Assembly: GCA_963804165.1 (NCBI GenBank)
Contig: CAWDPO010000008.1
Span: forward strand, 32,001-96,000
DNA from: an uncultured delta proteobacterium
GTDB taxonomy: Bacteria > Desulfobacterota > Binatia > UBA9968
DNA length: 64,000 bases
Direction of reading: 5' to 3'
The translations under genes were made by a program, and so were the position numbers. Positions 10,134 to 20,876 of the stretch are shown here, in pieces (the first letter of the stretch is position 1; the number at the start of each line of letters is the position of its first letter). Below the pieces are notes generated by a model. The model was not told the origin of the DNA, did not search any database, and worked only from the letters and a program-made list of their open reading frames with translations.

Positions 10134-11132
10134 CTAGCGGTAGAGCTGATCAACGAAACCGCTATCTATTTGCCGCTGAATAAACGAATTATTTAAAAGC
10201 TCACCTATATTAATATCCTTTATGCTAGGATTTTCCTCGGCCAAATCTGCCATAAGTTCTTCTAATGCAAAGCGAGGGAAAACAGGCTCCTTTGGAACCT
10301 GTTGTAGGACGTATGCTTGGTAGTTAAGTTCCAGGGTAACATCGTCACTGACTCGCAGGTTCTTCGCATAGACCCTTTTTGCTAGCTCCTTGTTCTTTCT
10401 TGCCAAACTAATCCCTTCCAGAAACGCTCGAACAAATCGATTCATGACATCCGGCTGTCCTCGCGCGAAATCCTGAGTAGTTATAAGAGCACTGCCGTGA
10501 TCCTCAACTCCGGCCTTCGTCACTTCTACCAGTCTATTGACCTTAAGTGAGATACTCGACAAAGTTGTTTCCGTCCCTAACGTACCTTGTATTCTGCCCT
10601 GCCCGAGCGCAATGAGTCGATCTAAGGAAGGACCGGCCGAAACGATTTTGACATCCTTATCTGGCGAAAGCTTAAGTCTCTGAAGCAGTCTGCGAAGTGA
10701 GTAGTAATCTGGCGAACCTATCCGACCAACACCGATTGTCGCGCCCTTGAGCTGCGACACTTCTTTAATTTCGGGGCGAGTAAAGAGTACATAAGGTGTT
10801 GAACCGAAGGTGCCAAACACCGTCAGCTTTGCTCCTTTTGCAACTGCTTGCAGAACAAGCGACACTCCACCGGCGAGAACTTGCACATCCCCGCCCATTA
10901 GTGCGGGTAAGCCGACGGGCACATTACGCATATAGATCAAGGCGACGCGCAATCCATGCTTTTCAAATAACCCGGCCTCCTGAGCAATCCAAAAAGGAAT
11001 CCTATTGCCGGTAATGGATGTATAGGCAACACTAATAGAAGGTGGCGAAGTAGCGCTTAATGCAAATTCCCCGGTGATATACAGAAAGACAAGCATGCAG
11101 CACAGCCGAAGAGAAGCATTGAAGAGTTTCAT
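10134..11132 (-). CDS. NitT/TauT (SsuA/THI5-like) ABC substrate-binding protein
   Basis: Signal peptide, PFWIAQEAGLFEKHGL, LKGATIGVGRIGS and GFVDQLY motifs. Confidence 0.88.
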   Translation of the reverse strand: MKLFNASLRLCCMLVFLYITGEFALSATSPPSISVAYTSITGNRIPFWIAQEAGLFEKHGLRVALIYMRNVPVGLPALMGGDVQVLAGGVSLVLQAVAKGAKLTVFGTFGSTPYVLFTRPEIKEVSQLKGATIGVGRIGSPDYYSLRRLLQRLKLSPDKDVKIVSAGPSLDRLIALGQGRIQGTLGTETTLSSISLKVNRLVEVTKAGVEDHGSALITTQDFARGQPDVMNRFVRAFLEGISLARKNKELAKRVYAKNLRVSDDVTLELNYQAYVLQQVPKEPVFPRFALEELMADLAEENPSIKDINIGELLNNSFIQRQIDSGFVDQLYR

Positions 11133-11331
11133 CCTCCTAGTGCCTCATTCAACAAGATTCCGCCGCTGTCCCAGAAGAAACAGCTGGTCGTCTAAATAGC
11201 GGGCCCCATCCTTCAGCCGCTTCAACACGCTAAGGCTATCGTCAAGCGGATGCGACGGTAGCACTTAAACCGGTATGCACGCGAACCCGACCAAATTGTA
11301 CCACCGTAGTTTCTTGTTTTCGCAATTTCTA

Positions 11332-11748
11332 TTAATCGAGCACGGCTACAATATCAGCTTGAAACAGAGTTTCGCCTCTACCGGCAGCTCCTACGAAGCC
11401 AAAAGGATTCCATTTTTTTGCGTTCCGGGCTGGCCTGTCGTTATCGTTTGGAAACATTCTTAGCCATTCCTTGTTAATGGCTTCCATGCATTCTTCGTGC
11501 TTGCCCTCCTTAATCCACAACGCAATATGAATAATGTTAGCTGGAGAACCGCCCGCTTGCTCTAAGAACGTTCTTATATTTTTGAATAGATTTTCTGCTT
11601 GCCGACTCGGTTCAGCAGGCATTTCACCGGTCACCGGATCTCTGCCAGCCAGATCCGACGAGCAAACTACATTGCCGATTTTCGCTCCGAGCGGAATGGG
11701 ATGGTGAAAAAATCCCCGCGGCGCCGGGATAGTCGTTCTCTTGGCCAT
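11332..11748 (-). CDS. RidA/YjgF family protein
   Basis: HPIPLGAKIGNVVCSS, QAENLFKNI and MFPNDNDRPAR (conserved Arg); GGAGG RBS. Confidence 0.85.
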   Translation of the reverse strand: MAKRTTIPAPRGFFHHPIPLGAKIGNVVCSSDLAGRDPVTGEMPAEPSRQAENLFKNIRTFLEQAGGSPANIIHIALWIKEGKHEECMEAINKEWLRMFPNDNDRPARNAKKWNPFGFVGAAGRGETLFQADIVAVLD

Positions 11749-11942
11749 AATTCACCTCCTGAATGGTTTGAGACTAATTTAAATCCAGCACGTCTTTTCG
11801 CCGCGGTAATATCACCACAGCAAAGGGCTGTCAAATTAAATTCCATCTGATCTCGTTCGCTTCCCAAAATTCTGGCGCACCTGCGGGAAATTGTGTCTTT
11901 CAACCTTCACTTCCTCTTTCAAGATCAACCCAATCTTCTGCC

Positions 11943-11972
11943 TTGACAAGAAAAGTGGTCTCCGAATAGATT
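11943..11972 (+). promoter_or_regulatory. Putative sigma70 promoter of the cupin gene
   Basis: TTGACA-N18-TAGATT. Confidence 0.4.
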
Positions 11973-12080
11973 ACGCCTGACAAGCGAGCATCAGAAAAAA
12001 TACGGAATCAGCGAGCCAAATTACTTTGCTCGCGTTCTAGGGCTTAATGGCACATCGATTCTTTAGGAGGTCGCCGTCCC

Positions 12081-13173
12081 ATGAATAATAAGCCGACTAA
12101 TTTTGATGACTGGTATATCGGTAGCACGTATCGACAGTTTGTCGAACGAGAAGGAGTACCGTTGTATGAAGGAAGCTACCTCGAAGATCTCGCAACCTTA
12201 CCATTGGCAGACTGGGAAAGAAGAGGGGGCAAGGCTGCATATACTCGCTTAGGCGATCAAGAAACAAATGGACTTCATATTGTGGAAATACCACCCAAGT
12301 CGGAACTACGGCCTGAGAGGCATATGTACGATGAAGTCATGTTTGTGTTTAGCGGGCGAGGCGCGACTACAGTATGGCAGGAAGGAGAGCCAAAGCAGAC
12401 GATCGAGTGGGGACCAGGCGCTCTTTTGGCGATACCGCTTAACGCGTGGCATCAGGAATTTAATGGCTCTAGCGACGAACCCTGCCGCGTTATTTTCGGC
12501 TCGAACATTCCTCACGTACTGAATTTTTATCATAACGTCGATTTTGTATTTAACAATCCTTACACGTTTAAAGACCGATATTGTGCTGAAATGCAGAATT
12601 ATTTCTCGGCGGGAATGAAGTGGAAACCAAAGGTTTACGAAACAAACTTTATCCCAGATGTCAGACGATTTGAATTAGATCTTCTTCCAGAAGGTGGTTA
12701 CCGAACCAAAGTGATGCGAATTTCGATGGCGAGCACATCGTTGGGGCTCCACATCAAAAGTGTCGCTGAAGGAACCTATACGAACGCCCACAGACACCGC
12801 GCGGGGGCGCACGTGATGGTTATTTCGGGCGAAGGCTACGAGCTTTTATTTATGCCGGGTCAGGAAAAAAATAGACGGAAAGTATTAACTAAGCCGTACT
12901 CGGTATTGGCTCCGAAAGATAATGAGTTTCACCACCACTTCAATACTGGAAAAGGTGAATATGTGCAACTCGCTTTCAGGGGTGGTCCGGCAAAATATGG
13001 CTTAGGCAGGAAGTATGAACCCGAGCCTAGCTTTCAAGATAGGACCCCAATGCGGCGTCATTTAAAATCAGCTACGAGAAAGAGGATCCCTCAATCAGAG
13101 ATGAGTATTATCAAGAGCTGAGAAAAGAGGTATTACCTTGCGGCTGCCTCCAATCGACCAAGGACGAGATTAG
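12081..13173 (+). CDS. Bicupin protein (gentisate-dioxygenase-like fold); frameshift(s) near the C-terminus
   Basis: ERHMYDEV...NAWHQEFN and AHRHRAGAH...EFHHHFN cupin motifs; AGGAGG RBS; coding continues in a shifted frame to TAG 13173. Confidence 0.75.
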
Positions 13174-13218
13174 CACATATTTATGAATAGCGAATGAAAC
13201 GTCGGAAAGGGCGTGAGT

Positions 13219-14355
13219 ATGCGAAAATTGTTGGCTAGTTTGATATTCGGCCTCAGTTTGGCGTGCACGATGGTTCCGACCGACTGGCGGTGTTTTCGCA
13301 GCTGACGCAAAAGGTGAGCCTTCTCAGTGGAAAGGTTTAGTCAATGCAGCAAAAAAAGAAGGCCAATTAAATCTGTACATCGGTCGCTTAAGCTGGGCAG
13401 ATATCATTTCCAAAGCATTTGAAAAAGCTTACCCGGAGATTAAGAGTACCACGTTCTATGGTCGGGACAACTTTCTCAATGAACGGATTATGACAGAACG
13501 AAGAGCGGGTAAAAATATCGCCGACATATCCGCACAAGGTACAACATCGAGTATACAGTTGTTAAAGGCTAATGTGCTTGAGCCGATAAAATCCGTGTTA
13601 CTTCTTCCCGATGTACTAGATCAACAGAACTGGTATGGCGGAAAGCACCAATACATGGATCATGAGGGATATGTATTTTTATTTGTTGCCAATTCCCAAT
13701 CGGAATCAGCAGTTCAATATAACTCGAAACTAGTTGACCCGAAGGAAATCAAATCATACTGGGACTTCCTGAATCCTAAATGGAAGGCCAAGATGGAGGC
13801 GCGAGACGTAAGAACTTCCGGTCCGGGGAACGGTGTGATGCGATTTTTCTATCATAACTCGGAGCTCGGCCCAAAGTTCATCAAACGCCTGTTTAGCGAA
13901 ATGGACATCACGCTCTATCGAGAGTTGCGGCAAGGTGCAGATTGGCTCGCTACAGGCAAATTCGCGATATGCCTTTTTTGCGAGATCCGCCAGGCGACCG
14001 AACAAGGTTTACCGGTTGCTGCGTTCGGCTGCATTAAAGGAGGGGGCCGGCGTTTCGGTTGGTGACGGAGCTTTAACTCTGCCCTCAGGGAGAGCGCTCA
14101 TCCGAACGCCGCTAAAGTTTTTGTTAACTGGTTCCTTTCCCGGGAGGGACAGCTCGCTTTCCAAACAGCAGCAGCAAAATTTCCGAATGATGCCGTAGAC
14201 TCACGGCGGGTTGATATTCCCAAGGATAACGTTCCTAGCGATAGACGACGTGTACCGGGCTATAACTATATTGATATCGACACTCCCGAACGCCGTGATA
14301 ATGGGCCGCCATGAAAATCTTCCTTGAAGCTTTGGAAGAAGCCAAGAAAATGTAA
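13219..14355 (+). CDS. ABC-type extracellular solute-binding protein, several frameshifts
   Basis: Signal peptide from ATG 13219, AAKKEGQLNLY, SYWDFLNPKWK and HPNAAKVFVNWFLSREGQ in successive frames. Confidence 0.75.
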
Positions 14356-14395
14356 TCGGAGTTGCCCCACACACAATGCCGAAGGATTTTAGCGT

Positions 14396-14424
14396 TTGAC
14401 AGGACTGGTACGCCGCAATAGGAT
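14396..14424 (+). promoter_or_regulatory. Putative sigma70 promoter of the Rieske oxygenase
   Basis: TTGACA-N17-TAGGAT, followed by an AAAGGAGG RBS. Confidence 0.5.
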
Positions 14425-14464
14425 CATCTACAAGACGAACTCCAATTTATAAAAGGAGGATCAC

Positions 14465-15607
14465 ATGTTATCCCGAGAAGAGAATGAGACGATGACTAGG
14501 GTTGGTCCAGGAACTCCTGCTGGCGAGATGCTTCGGCGTTATTGGTGGCCTATTGGATTTGCCGAAGAAGTAAAGGCCAAGGCCCGCCCCGAAAAGGTCA
14601 AGCTATTAGGCGAGGAGTTTGTGCTCTTCCGGGACGGCACTCGTAAATTGGGTCTTTTCGGGATTCACTGCTGCCACCGCGGGGCACCACTGGAGTTCGG
14701 CAGAGTCGAAGATCAAGGAATCCGGTGCTGTTATCATGGTTGGGTTTACGATGTTGATGGTAAATGCCTGGAGCAACCTGCTGAACCCGATGACAGTACC
14801 TTTAAAGATCGGGTGAAGCAGCCAGCCTACAGAGTGCAAGAATTAGGAGGGCTAATATTCGCCTACATCGGCCCAGAGCCGGCACCTATACTTCCTCGCT
14901 ACGACTTGCTGGTTAATGATGACGGCACCCGCGTCTTGAGCGGGTGGGAAGAGCATTGCAATTGGCTCCAGCGTGCTGAAAACCACGTGGATCAATCGCA
15001 TATACCGTTCTTACACGCGAGCGGTTATCCTGATATGGCATTCAAAAAGCCGATCCTTGATTACCAGAGGACGTGGTATGGAGTTAGAGCATCGCTCTCG
15101 GTAGATGGCAGAAGTAAGCCCAAAATTAGTCATTGCATTTTCCCCTCTCATTTGCGATTTTCTTCTGCGCGTGTCAGCCATAAACCTCAGCATCGTTTGG
15201 CATTCCGTGTCCCGGTCGATGATACCGAAACCATATCTTACACTGTGACTTTTTATCCCGGGTCCGGCTCTGGGCTGGTCCTTACGACTAAAGGCTTAAG
15301 AAGAAGATCCGCCGGACAGTATGGCCGTGTAGAGGATGGTTACTGGGGCATTGAATCCAACGACCAAGATGTGGTTGTGCTCGAGGGACTCGGGCCAATT
15401 TTCGATCGCAGCAACGAGCATCTAGCCGTCACTGACCGTGGCGTCGTGATGCTACGCAAAATGATACAGGAATCGATCGAGGCGGTATCCAAAGGAAAGG
15501 ATCCTATAGGGGTGATTAAGGATGAGAGTCAGCAACCGCATGGGATCATTTCTTTTGACGCAAGCATTCAAGAAATTGAGCCGCTGAGCAAAGCCGCAAG
15601 CGCATAG
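14465..15607 (+). CDS. Rieske non-heme iron oxygenase alpha subunit (phthalate 4,5-dioxygenase/LigXa-like)
   Basis: TRVGPGTPAGEMLRRYWWP; Rieske CxH...CxxH (CCHRG, CCYHGW); ENHVDQSHIPFLH mononuclear Fe site; EHLAVTDRGV. Confidence 0.92.
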   Translation: MLSREENETMTRVGPGTPAGEMLRRYWWPIGFAEEVKAKARPEKVKLLGEEFVLFRDGTRKLGLFGIHCCHRGAPLEFGRVEDQGIRCCYHGWVYDVDGKCLEQPAEPDDSTFKDRVKQPAYRVQELGGLIFAYIGPEPAPILPRYDLLVNDDGTRVLSGWEEHCNWLQRAENHVDQSHIPFLHASGYPDMAFKKPILDYQRTWYGVRASLSVDGRSKPKISHCIFPSHLRFSSARVSHKPQHRLAFRVPVDDTETISYTVTFYPGSGSGLVLTTKGLRRRSAGQYGRVEDGYWGIESNDQDVVVLEGLGPIFDRSNEHLAVTDRGVVMLRKMIQESIEAVSKGKDPIGVIKDESQQPHGIISFDASIQEIEPLSKAASA

Positions 15608-15634
15608 ATGCCGAAGGGAGCAGCGGAGGCGTTC

Positions 15635-16629
15635 TCATTCTTTAATCCGCCAACTGTTTTCAAAAAATAGGTGCTTAGGACTTAGCTGGCGGTCACTGAT
15701 TCCTTGTGAATGACAATACGTCAAAAATTTATTTACGACATGCATGTTAGCGTCTAAGCCATAAGTCCACGCATCACCATTAAATAGTTTCCTCTCTTCG
15801 CTTAGCTCGCTACCCGGCCACACTCTCGGCAATTCTGGATTAGTTCGATTGCGGCTTCTTTTCGAATCCACGAAGAGTTTAAATAGCTTCTCCGGAAGAT
15901 CCGGGAAACACTCGAGAAGCGCAGTCCGTGCAACCACAAGGTGCATTATCGGAAAGATCCCTGTCCTCTTGAAATAACCCATCTCGACGTCTCTGTAAGG
16001 TTCAAATAGTCGTTTTATTCGCCGTCCCCTGATACAAAAGAAGCTGGAGCAGGAACCATCCCAAGTACGTCAATCCGGCCGTCAAGCAAAGCCAATTCCG
16101 CGCTTTCACCGGGATTCTGTCCGTACTTTTCCAACCAATGAATTTCAAATTCCCCTGCAGAATTTAGGTTTGCATCGTGACCGCCGTCCCAATGGTGCAT
16201 TGAGACTGTGTGCCAAGTAGCATTAGTTGGGCGAAATTTTGTAATCCTCCGAGAGTATTCCCCTAATCCAGACGCTTGCTGTTTCGACCCACTGTCGAAA
16301 GCCGATTTTTTTTCCCCTTCAAATCCTGCGGGTCCTTTAAGAGGAGCACTGAGCATTGTAAAAAATAAACCCGTGTCTAAATGCTCGTGTTGGGAATACA
16401 GGGATGGCCTAGAAGGTCAGTGCGATCGCCTGCGATATTGTTGACGAGTTCAGCGAGAGAAAATTCCCCAGCGTCATATTCTCCCGCCAATCAGACCAGA
16501 GAATAGTTTTTGTCCATCGCTCACTTCCAGCGGCAAGAAATTCATTCCGCCGATTTTCACGTCACCGTTTAGGATAGCGGCTGTTCTTTCTGAGCGTCTG
16601 CAAGCTAATTTAATCAATGAATTGTCCAT
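15635..16629 (-). CDS. 4,5-dihydroxyphthalate decarboxylase-like protein, frameshifted
   Basis: LACRRSERTAAILNGDV N-terminus, ALLDGRIDV, YFKRTGIFPIMHLVV and DAWTYGLDAN motifs across frames. Confidence 0.7.
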
Positions 16630-16723
16630 TGGCAATTACGTTCCGTGGATGACAAGCCCGGTGTCGATCGACACGGGATCAATTTCGATTAATATTTTTC
16701 TTCCAGCAGAAGCCGCTTAACTA

Positions 16724-17130
16724 TTAAACGACGGCAAGAACCTCAGCCATAAATTGGCAGTCTGGTTTAGCATCGAAAAGATAAAGATCCGCCCACATTG
16801 TATGCCGAGCCGGACGGTGATTTTCATCGGGAAACATTTTAAGCCAAGGTCTATTTAAAGCATCGTGAGCCTCGCGATGGCGCTCTTTTCTAATGAATAC
16901 TCGCAAGAAAACGATATTTTCAGGGCCGCCACCCGCCTGTTCCAAGAAATTGGTAATGTTTTTAAAGAGCAACTCGGCCTGTTCCTCGAGATTGGCCGGA
17001 AATGTTTCGTATCAAAGTTCATTCCCCAAAGACTTGAGGAGTGTACGACATTTCCTACCTTAGCTCCCATCGGAATTGGGTTCGCTCGCGCTCCGACCCC
17101 AGGTAAATATATAGAGTTCACTCGTGCCAT
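16724..17130 (-). CDS. RidA/YjgF family protein (one frameshift)
   Basis: ANPIPMGAKVGNVVHSS joined to LFKNITNFLEQAGG...MFPDENHRPARH. Confidence 0.8.
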
Positions 17131-17456
17131 AAAAGTATCCTTTCCTATTTACGGTTTTTAACTGAGCGACGCGGCGATCTATATCACGACGAAACGGTAT
17201 CATGTCAACACCGAAAAACAGTCAAGATCAGAGAGTTAGCTGCGCCTTCCGTCTCCGCAAGCGATTTAGATTGTTCAACAACACTGGTCGCCAAAGATGT
17301 ACAGTCCTGCGCAAAACATGGTTAGAATTCTCACAGTTGGCCTAAATTACATTGACAGACTGCGAATTGCGGAATTAATATCCAGTGCTCGTAAACACCA
17401 GTAACGTTAAAGGCGGATTCGTAACACTGCATTGACGAGAGGAAACGGATTCCAAC

Positions 17457-18254
17457 ATGCAGCGGCAAACCTTCTTTAGGTCGCCAGAGAATTATCCGGA
17501 TTTGACTCCTGCGGCCGCTAGAATTGGTGATTTTCTTTTTTCTTCGGATATTTTTGGATGGGACGATTCGCAAAAACAAATTCCGCACGAGCCGCTAATT
17601 CAGGCGGAGGCGCTATTCCAAAATATAGAAGAGCTGTTACAAAAAGCCGGTGGTTCATTGGAAGATATTGCTTACATGATGGTATGCACCAGAAAGGACC
17701 GACACCGAGAAGCGCTTCCTGCGTTCAATCAGCCATGGCTGAAGCCTTCCAGACCCAAATCAGAGACCAGCACGCCACGCCTTTCAAGAAGACGCGTTTC
17801 CCTTAGAGGCAATGCTGTTAAGAGTCAACTTGATCGCGGTCCTCGGGACTGACAAACGAGAAACGATTCACTTCGAAGACCTGAGCCACACCAACCCAAT
17901 TCCAATGGGTGCACGACGCGGTAAATTTGTATTTTCATCAACAATTTTTGGGGCTTCATCGGGAACTGATTCCGAAAGCAAATCTATCCGAAGGATCCGA
18001 TTGAGCAGGCGGAGATCATGTTTCAAAATATCAGAAATTTCTTGGATCAGATCGATGGCACGCCAGATGATATAGTACGGCTTAGACTCTTCATCCGGCG
18101 CGGCCAAGAGCAGGACGTCTTGCTCAAGGCAATTGATCAGGAATGGGTAAAGATGTTTCCGAATGAAATGGATAGACCTGCCCGACCATGTACTCAGGAA
18201 GATTTCGTTCCTGGCGGCATGCTATTTCGTGCCGAAATAATAGCCGTGCGCTAA
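17457..18254 (+). CDS. Tandem double-domain RidA protein (two frameshifts)
   Basis: Domain 1 PAAARIGDFLFSSDI...PDPNQRPARH continues without a stop into domain 2 HTNPIPMGARRG...MFPNEMDRPAR. Confidence 0.72.
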
Positions 18255-18288
18255 TTAAAGCTTTATAAAAGTCGCAATTCAAAACTGT

Positions 18289-18579
18289 GTCCGCCGCTAC
18301 CGTAATGTTCGGTCGAATCGGAAGGCAGATGTCGTCTTTCGAACAGCGAAAGTATGCGTATTCATTGATGGATGCTTTTGGCATGGTTGCCCAACGCATT
18401 TTCGACCGCCAAAAACTAACGCTGAATGGTGGTTAGAAAAACTGCAGGACAACAAGAACCGAGACGAGAGAAAGGCGCTAATAATCAAGAAACATCGTTG
18501 GGTCGTTTTGCGTTACTGGGAGCATGAAATCCGACAAGACAATTTAATTAAGATTGCCAAAAGGATTATCAGCTCGTAA
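18289..18579 (+). pseudogene. vsr: Vsr (very short patch repair endonuclease) remnant lacking the N-terminus
   Basis: Not in the ORF track; translates RKADVVFRTAKVCVFIDGCFWHGCPTH...WWLEKL..N..RD...WVVLRYWEHE; no start codon after the upstream stop. Confidence 0.85.
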
Positions 18580-18771
18580 TGAGGCGTGTTTCTAGAAGTC
18601 GACATGAATTGTCTTCTAGCCCCAGATTCGAGAATGGTTTGAACCAAAGACATCGGCTCAGTGCTTCAAACGCGAAGCGAATCCCAGCATCTGAGAAGAC
18701 ATACATAAAGATCCTGAGAGGCGCAAAAGTGAAAGGTTCCGTCTAAAACCACACTCCGCATTAAGGAACAG

Positions 18772-19380
18772 ATGCGTAAGTCTAACCTAAAACAAAATCA
18801 TGTGGGATTTGACATAGCAGTGATCCGATATCGTGCTTTTATGGATAAGATTATTAATGCTCAAAGAGTTATTAGCAATGCTGAAGAAAAAAGAGACATC
18901 GCGGAATCAGTCCTGCTACGGCTTTGCGCCGTTTGGGAGCGCTTCGTAGATGAACATTTGGTGGACTGTGTAAATTGCGATCACACACAACTTTCCAAAC
19001 ACTTCGCCGTTAAAATTCCGGAGCATCCTTCTTGGAACCTCTGCCATGCCCTGATTATAGGATCGTCATACACCGACTTTCGCAGCTTTGGCGATCTCAA
19101 GGGATTCACGAAAAAAATTCTGCCCGATGCCAGCAATCCATTTCTCCAAGTAGGGCCAGCGCATGCAAAAAAAATTGATGAGGTTTATAAAATCCGTAAT
19201 TACTTATCCCATTATAGTGCTGCCAGCACCCGCAGCCTCCACCACATCTACCGGACAGAATATGCGATGGAGCGATTTTTGGAGCCGGGGCAATTCGTAT
19301 TAGCTTATAGTGCCCGTCGTCTTTGGGCATACTTTGATGCTTTTCAAGGTGCATCAACCGACATGAAGGCTTGGTACTGA
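18772..19380 (+). CDS. HEPN-like protein (putative RNase)
   Basis: N-terminal helix LLRLCAVWERFV and Rx4H motif IRNYLSH; AAGGA RBS. Confidence 0.6.
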   Translation: MRKSNLKQNHVGFDIAVIRYRAFMDKIINAQRVISNAEEKRDIAESVLLRLCAVWERFVDEHLVDCVNCDHTQLSKHFAVKIPEHPSWNLCHALIIGSSYTDFRSFGDLKGFTKKILPDASNPFLQVGPAHAKKIDEVYKIRNYLSHYSAASTRSLHHIYRTEYAMERFLEPGQFVLAYSARRLWAYFDAFQGASTDMKAWY

Positions 19381-19740
19381 CGTGGGGCTAACCTTGGCCG
19401 CGAGCGAGCAGGTTAAGCAGAAAGTTGCTTCGGTTTTTGCGCGTGGTTAGTCAAACGCTGCTCACTACGACGGAGACAATGGGTTAAACTAATCCTTGGA
19501 ACACAAACGGATTCGCACTTTAACATTGTGGGGCTTGCTCGTCACCGCCACAATCGCAAACGCGGCGACCGCCGACGATGAGACCGAGTGGAAAAGCGCA
19601 TCATGGTCGCATGGAAGCTGCCGACGAAGAGCGACGGGCTAAAGGTGACGCTCCGCTATACGCTCGCCAAGAACGACTCGGGTGTCGTGGTGCGCGTGGA
19701 AAAATCTTCAGGGGTGGAAAAATCGCTCTGAACGGAGTAT

Positions 19741-20043
19741 ATGAACGGCCCCGGTCGACTCTGGACGATTTCTTTTGGCTTAATGGTGGTGAGTTTTATG
19801 GTTCTACCTGAAATCAAGAGAAATCCTCCCGTGAGACGCGGCCGCTTTGGCCAAAAGATTCGCCGATCTGGCCCTGCTGCAGTAGATCATCACGGCGTGT
19901 GGCCGCTTCTGCTCATTGGCCTGATCAATGGTATCGCTTTTACTCACGGCGGACTGACGTGGGAGATTGTCATGACTAGCGTTAATTTTTTGGCCACGCT
20001 ATTCCTAATTTTGGTGACTATCGAAAGACTATCGAAGAAATAG
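19741..20043 (+). CDS. Small membrane protein, hypothetical
   Basis: GGAG RBS, three hydrophobic segments. Confidence 0.35.
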   Translation: MNGPGRLWTISFGLMVVSFMVLPEIKRNPPVRRGRFGQKIRRSGPAAVDHHGVWPLLLIGLINGIAFTHGGLTWEIVMTSVNFLATLFLILVTIERLSKK

Positions 20044-20260
20044 AGCCTCATGTTTCAGTGCGCCTTGCACGTTTCGTCGCGCTTGGCGCGCCGATCTTGC
20101 TTACCGTTGATCAAGAACCTGTGTTTCTTGTCGGCGCCGCGCGTGCTCACTGAATTTCAAAACCGGCAGACCGCCGACCGATAACAACTAGCGCTGGATT
20201 ACATCAATTTGCCATATCATCCAATGCAGAAGTCTGTCGGATGTATTCTCGCTAAGCGTT

Positions 20261-20709
20261 TTATTCCCGCCTAACTCCATGCGCCCTCACATACCGCTCA
20301 AAAAACCTGTTTCTAAGTACACTTGGCCGCATCTCTCTCGCCCGACGGATTGCTTCGGCGGGGTCGCAGCCAGTCAAATTAATAATCGATAGAATCGCGA
20401 TCAGTGCCGACCTATTACAGCCTTGATTGCAATGAATCATCACACTGTTACCGCTATTCACTTCCGCCACTACGGTTTGCACCAGCCTCTTCACCTCGTG
20501 TTCAGCGACGCAAGAATTATCCCGCAAAGCAGCGTGGCAGTAGGTTATCCCGGCAGCGTCCGCCGCTTCGACAAACGTAGTGTCGCTGGTGGAAGCAACG
20601 TTCAATACAAGCTTTACGTTCCTTTTTGCAGCTCGTTGATTAGCCGCTCAGTTGATATGTACTTGGTGTGTCGGCGGATATAAATGTTCTCATGAAGTCG
20701 TAGGATCAT
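20261..20709 (-). CDS. Dual-specificity / protein-tyrosine phosphatase family (frameshift in an A-run near 20625)
   Basis: VMIHCNQGCNRS CX5R motif, AIRRAREMRP; GAGGAG RBS before GTG/ATG 20712/20709. Confidence 0.8.
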
Positions 20710-20876
20710 CACGTTTCCGTCTCCTCGTTCTGGGAAATTATTTTTAATCGCTTTAACTAAACTTTAACTTAATCAGGGGCGTACACCCGCAACCAATCAG
20801 CAATTGCAGTCGCGTAAACTTAACGATATAGCGGGGTAGTGGCGGGTAGGTTTTGCTAGGTAAATATTTATACGGT

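Noticed and set aside
19479-19731. Fragments of a secreted protein (signal-peptide-like LWGLLVTATIANAATA)
   Set aside because: Broken across frames with no clear start; too weak to call
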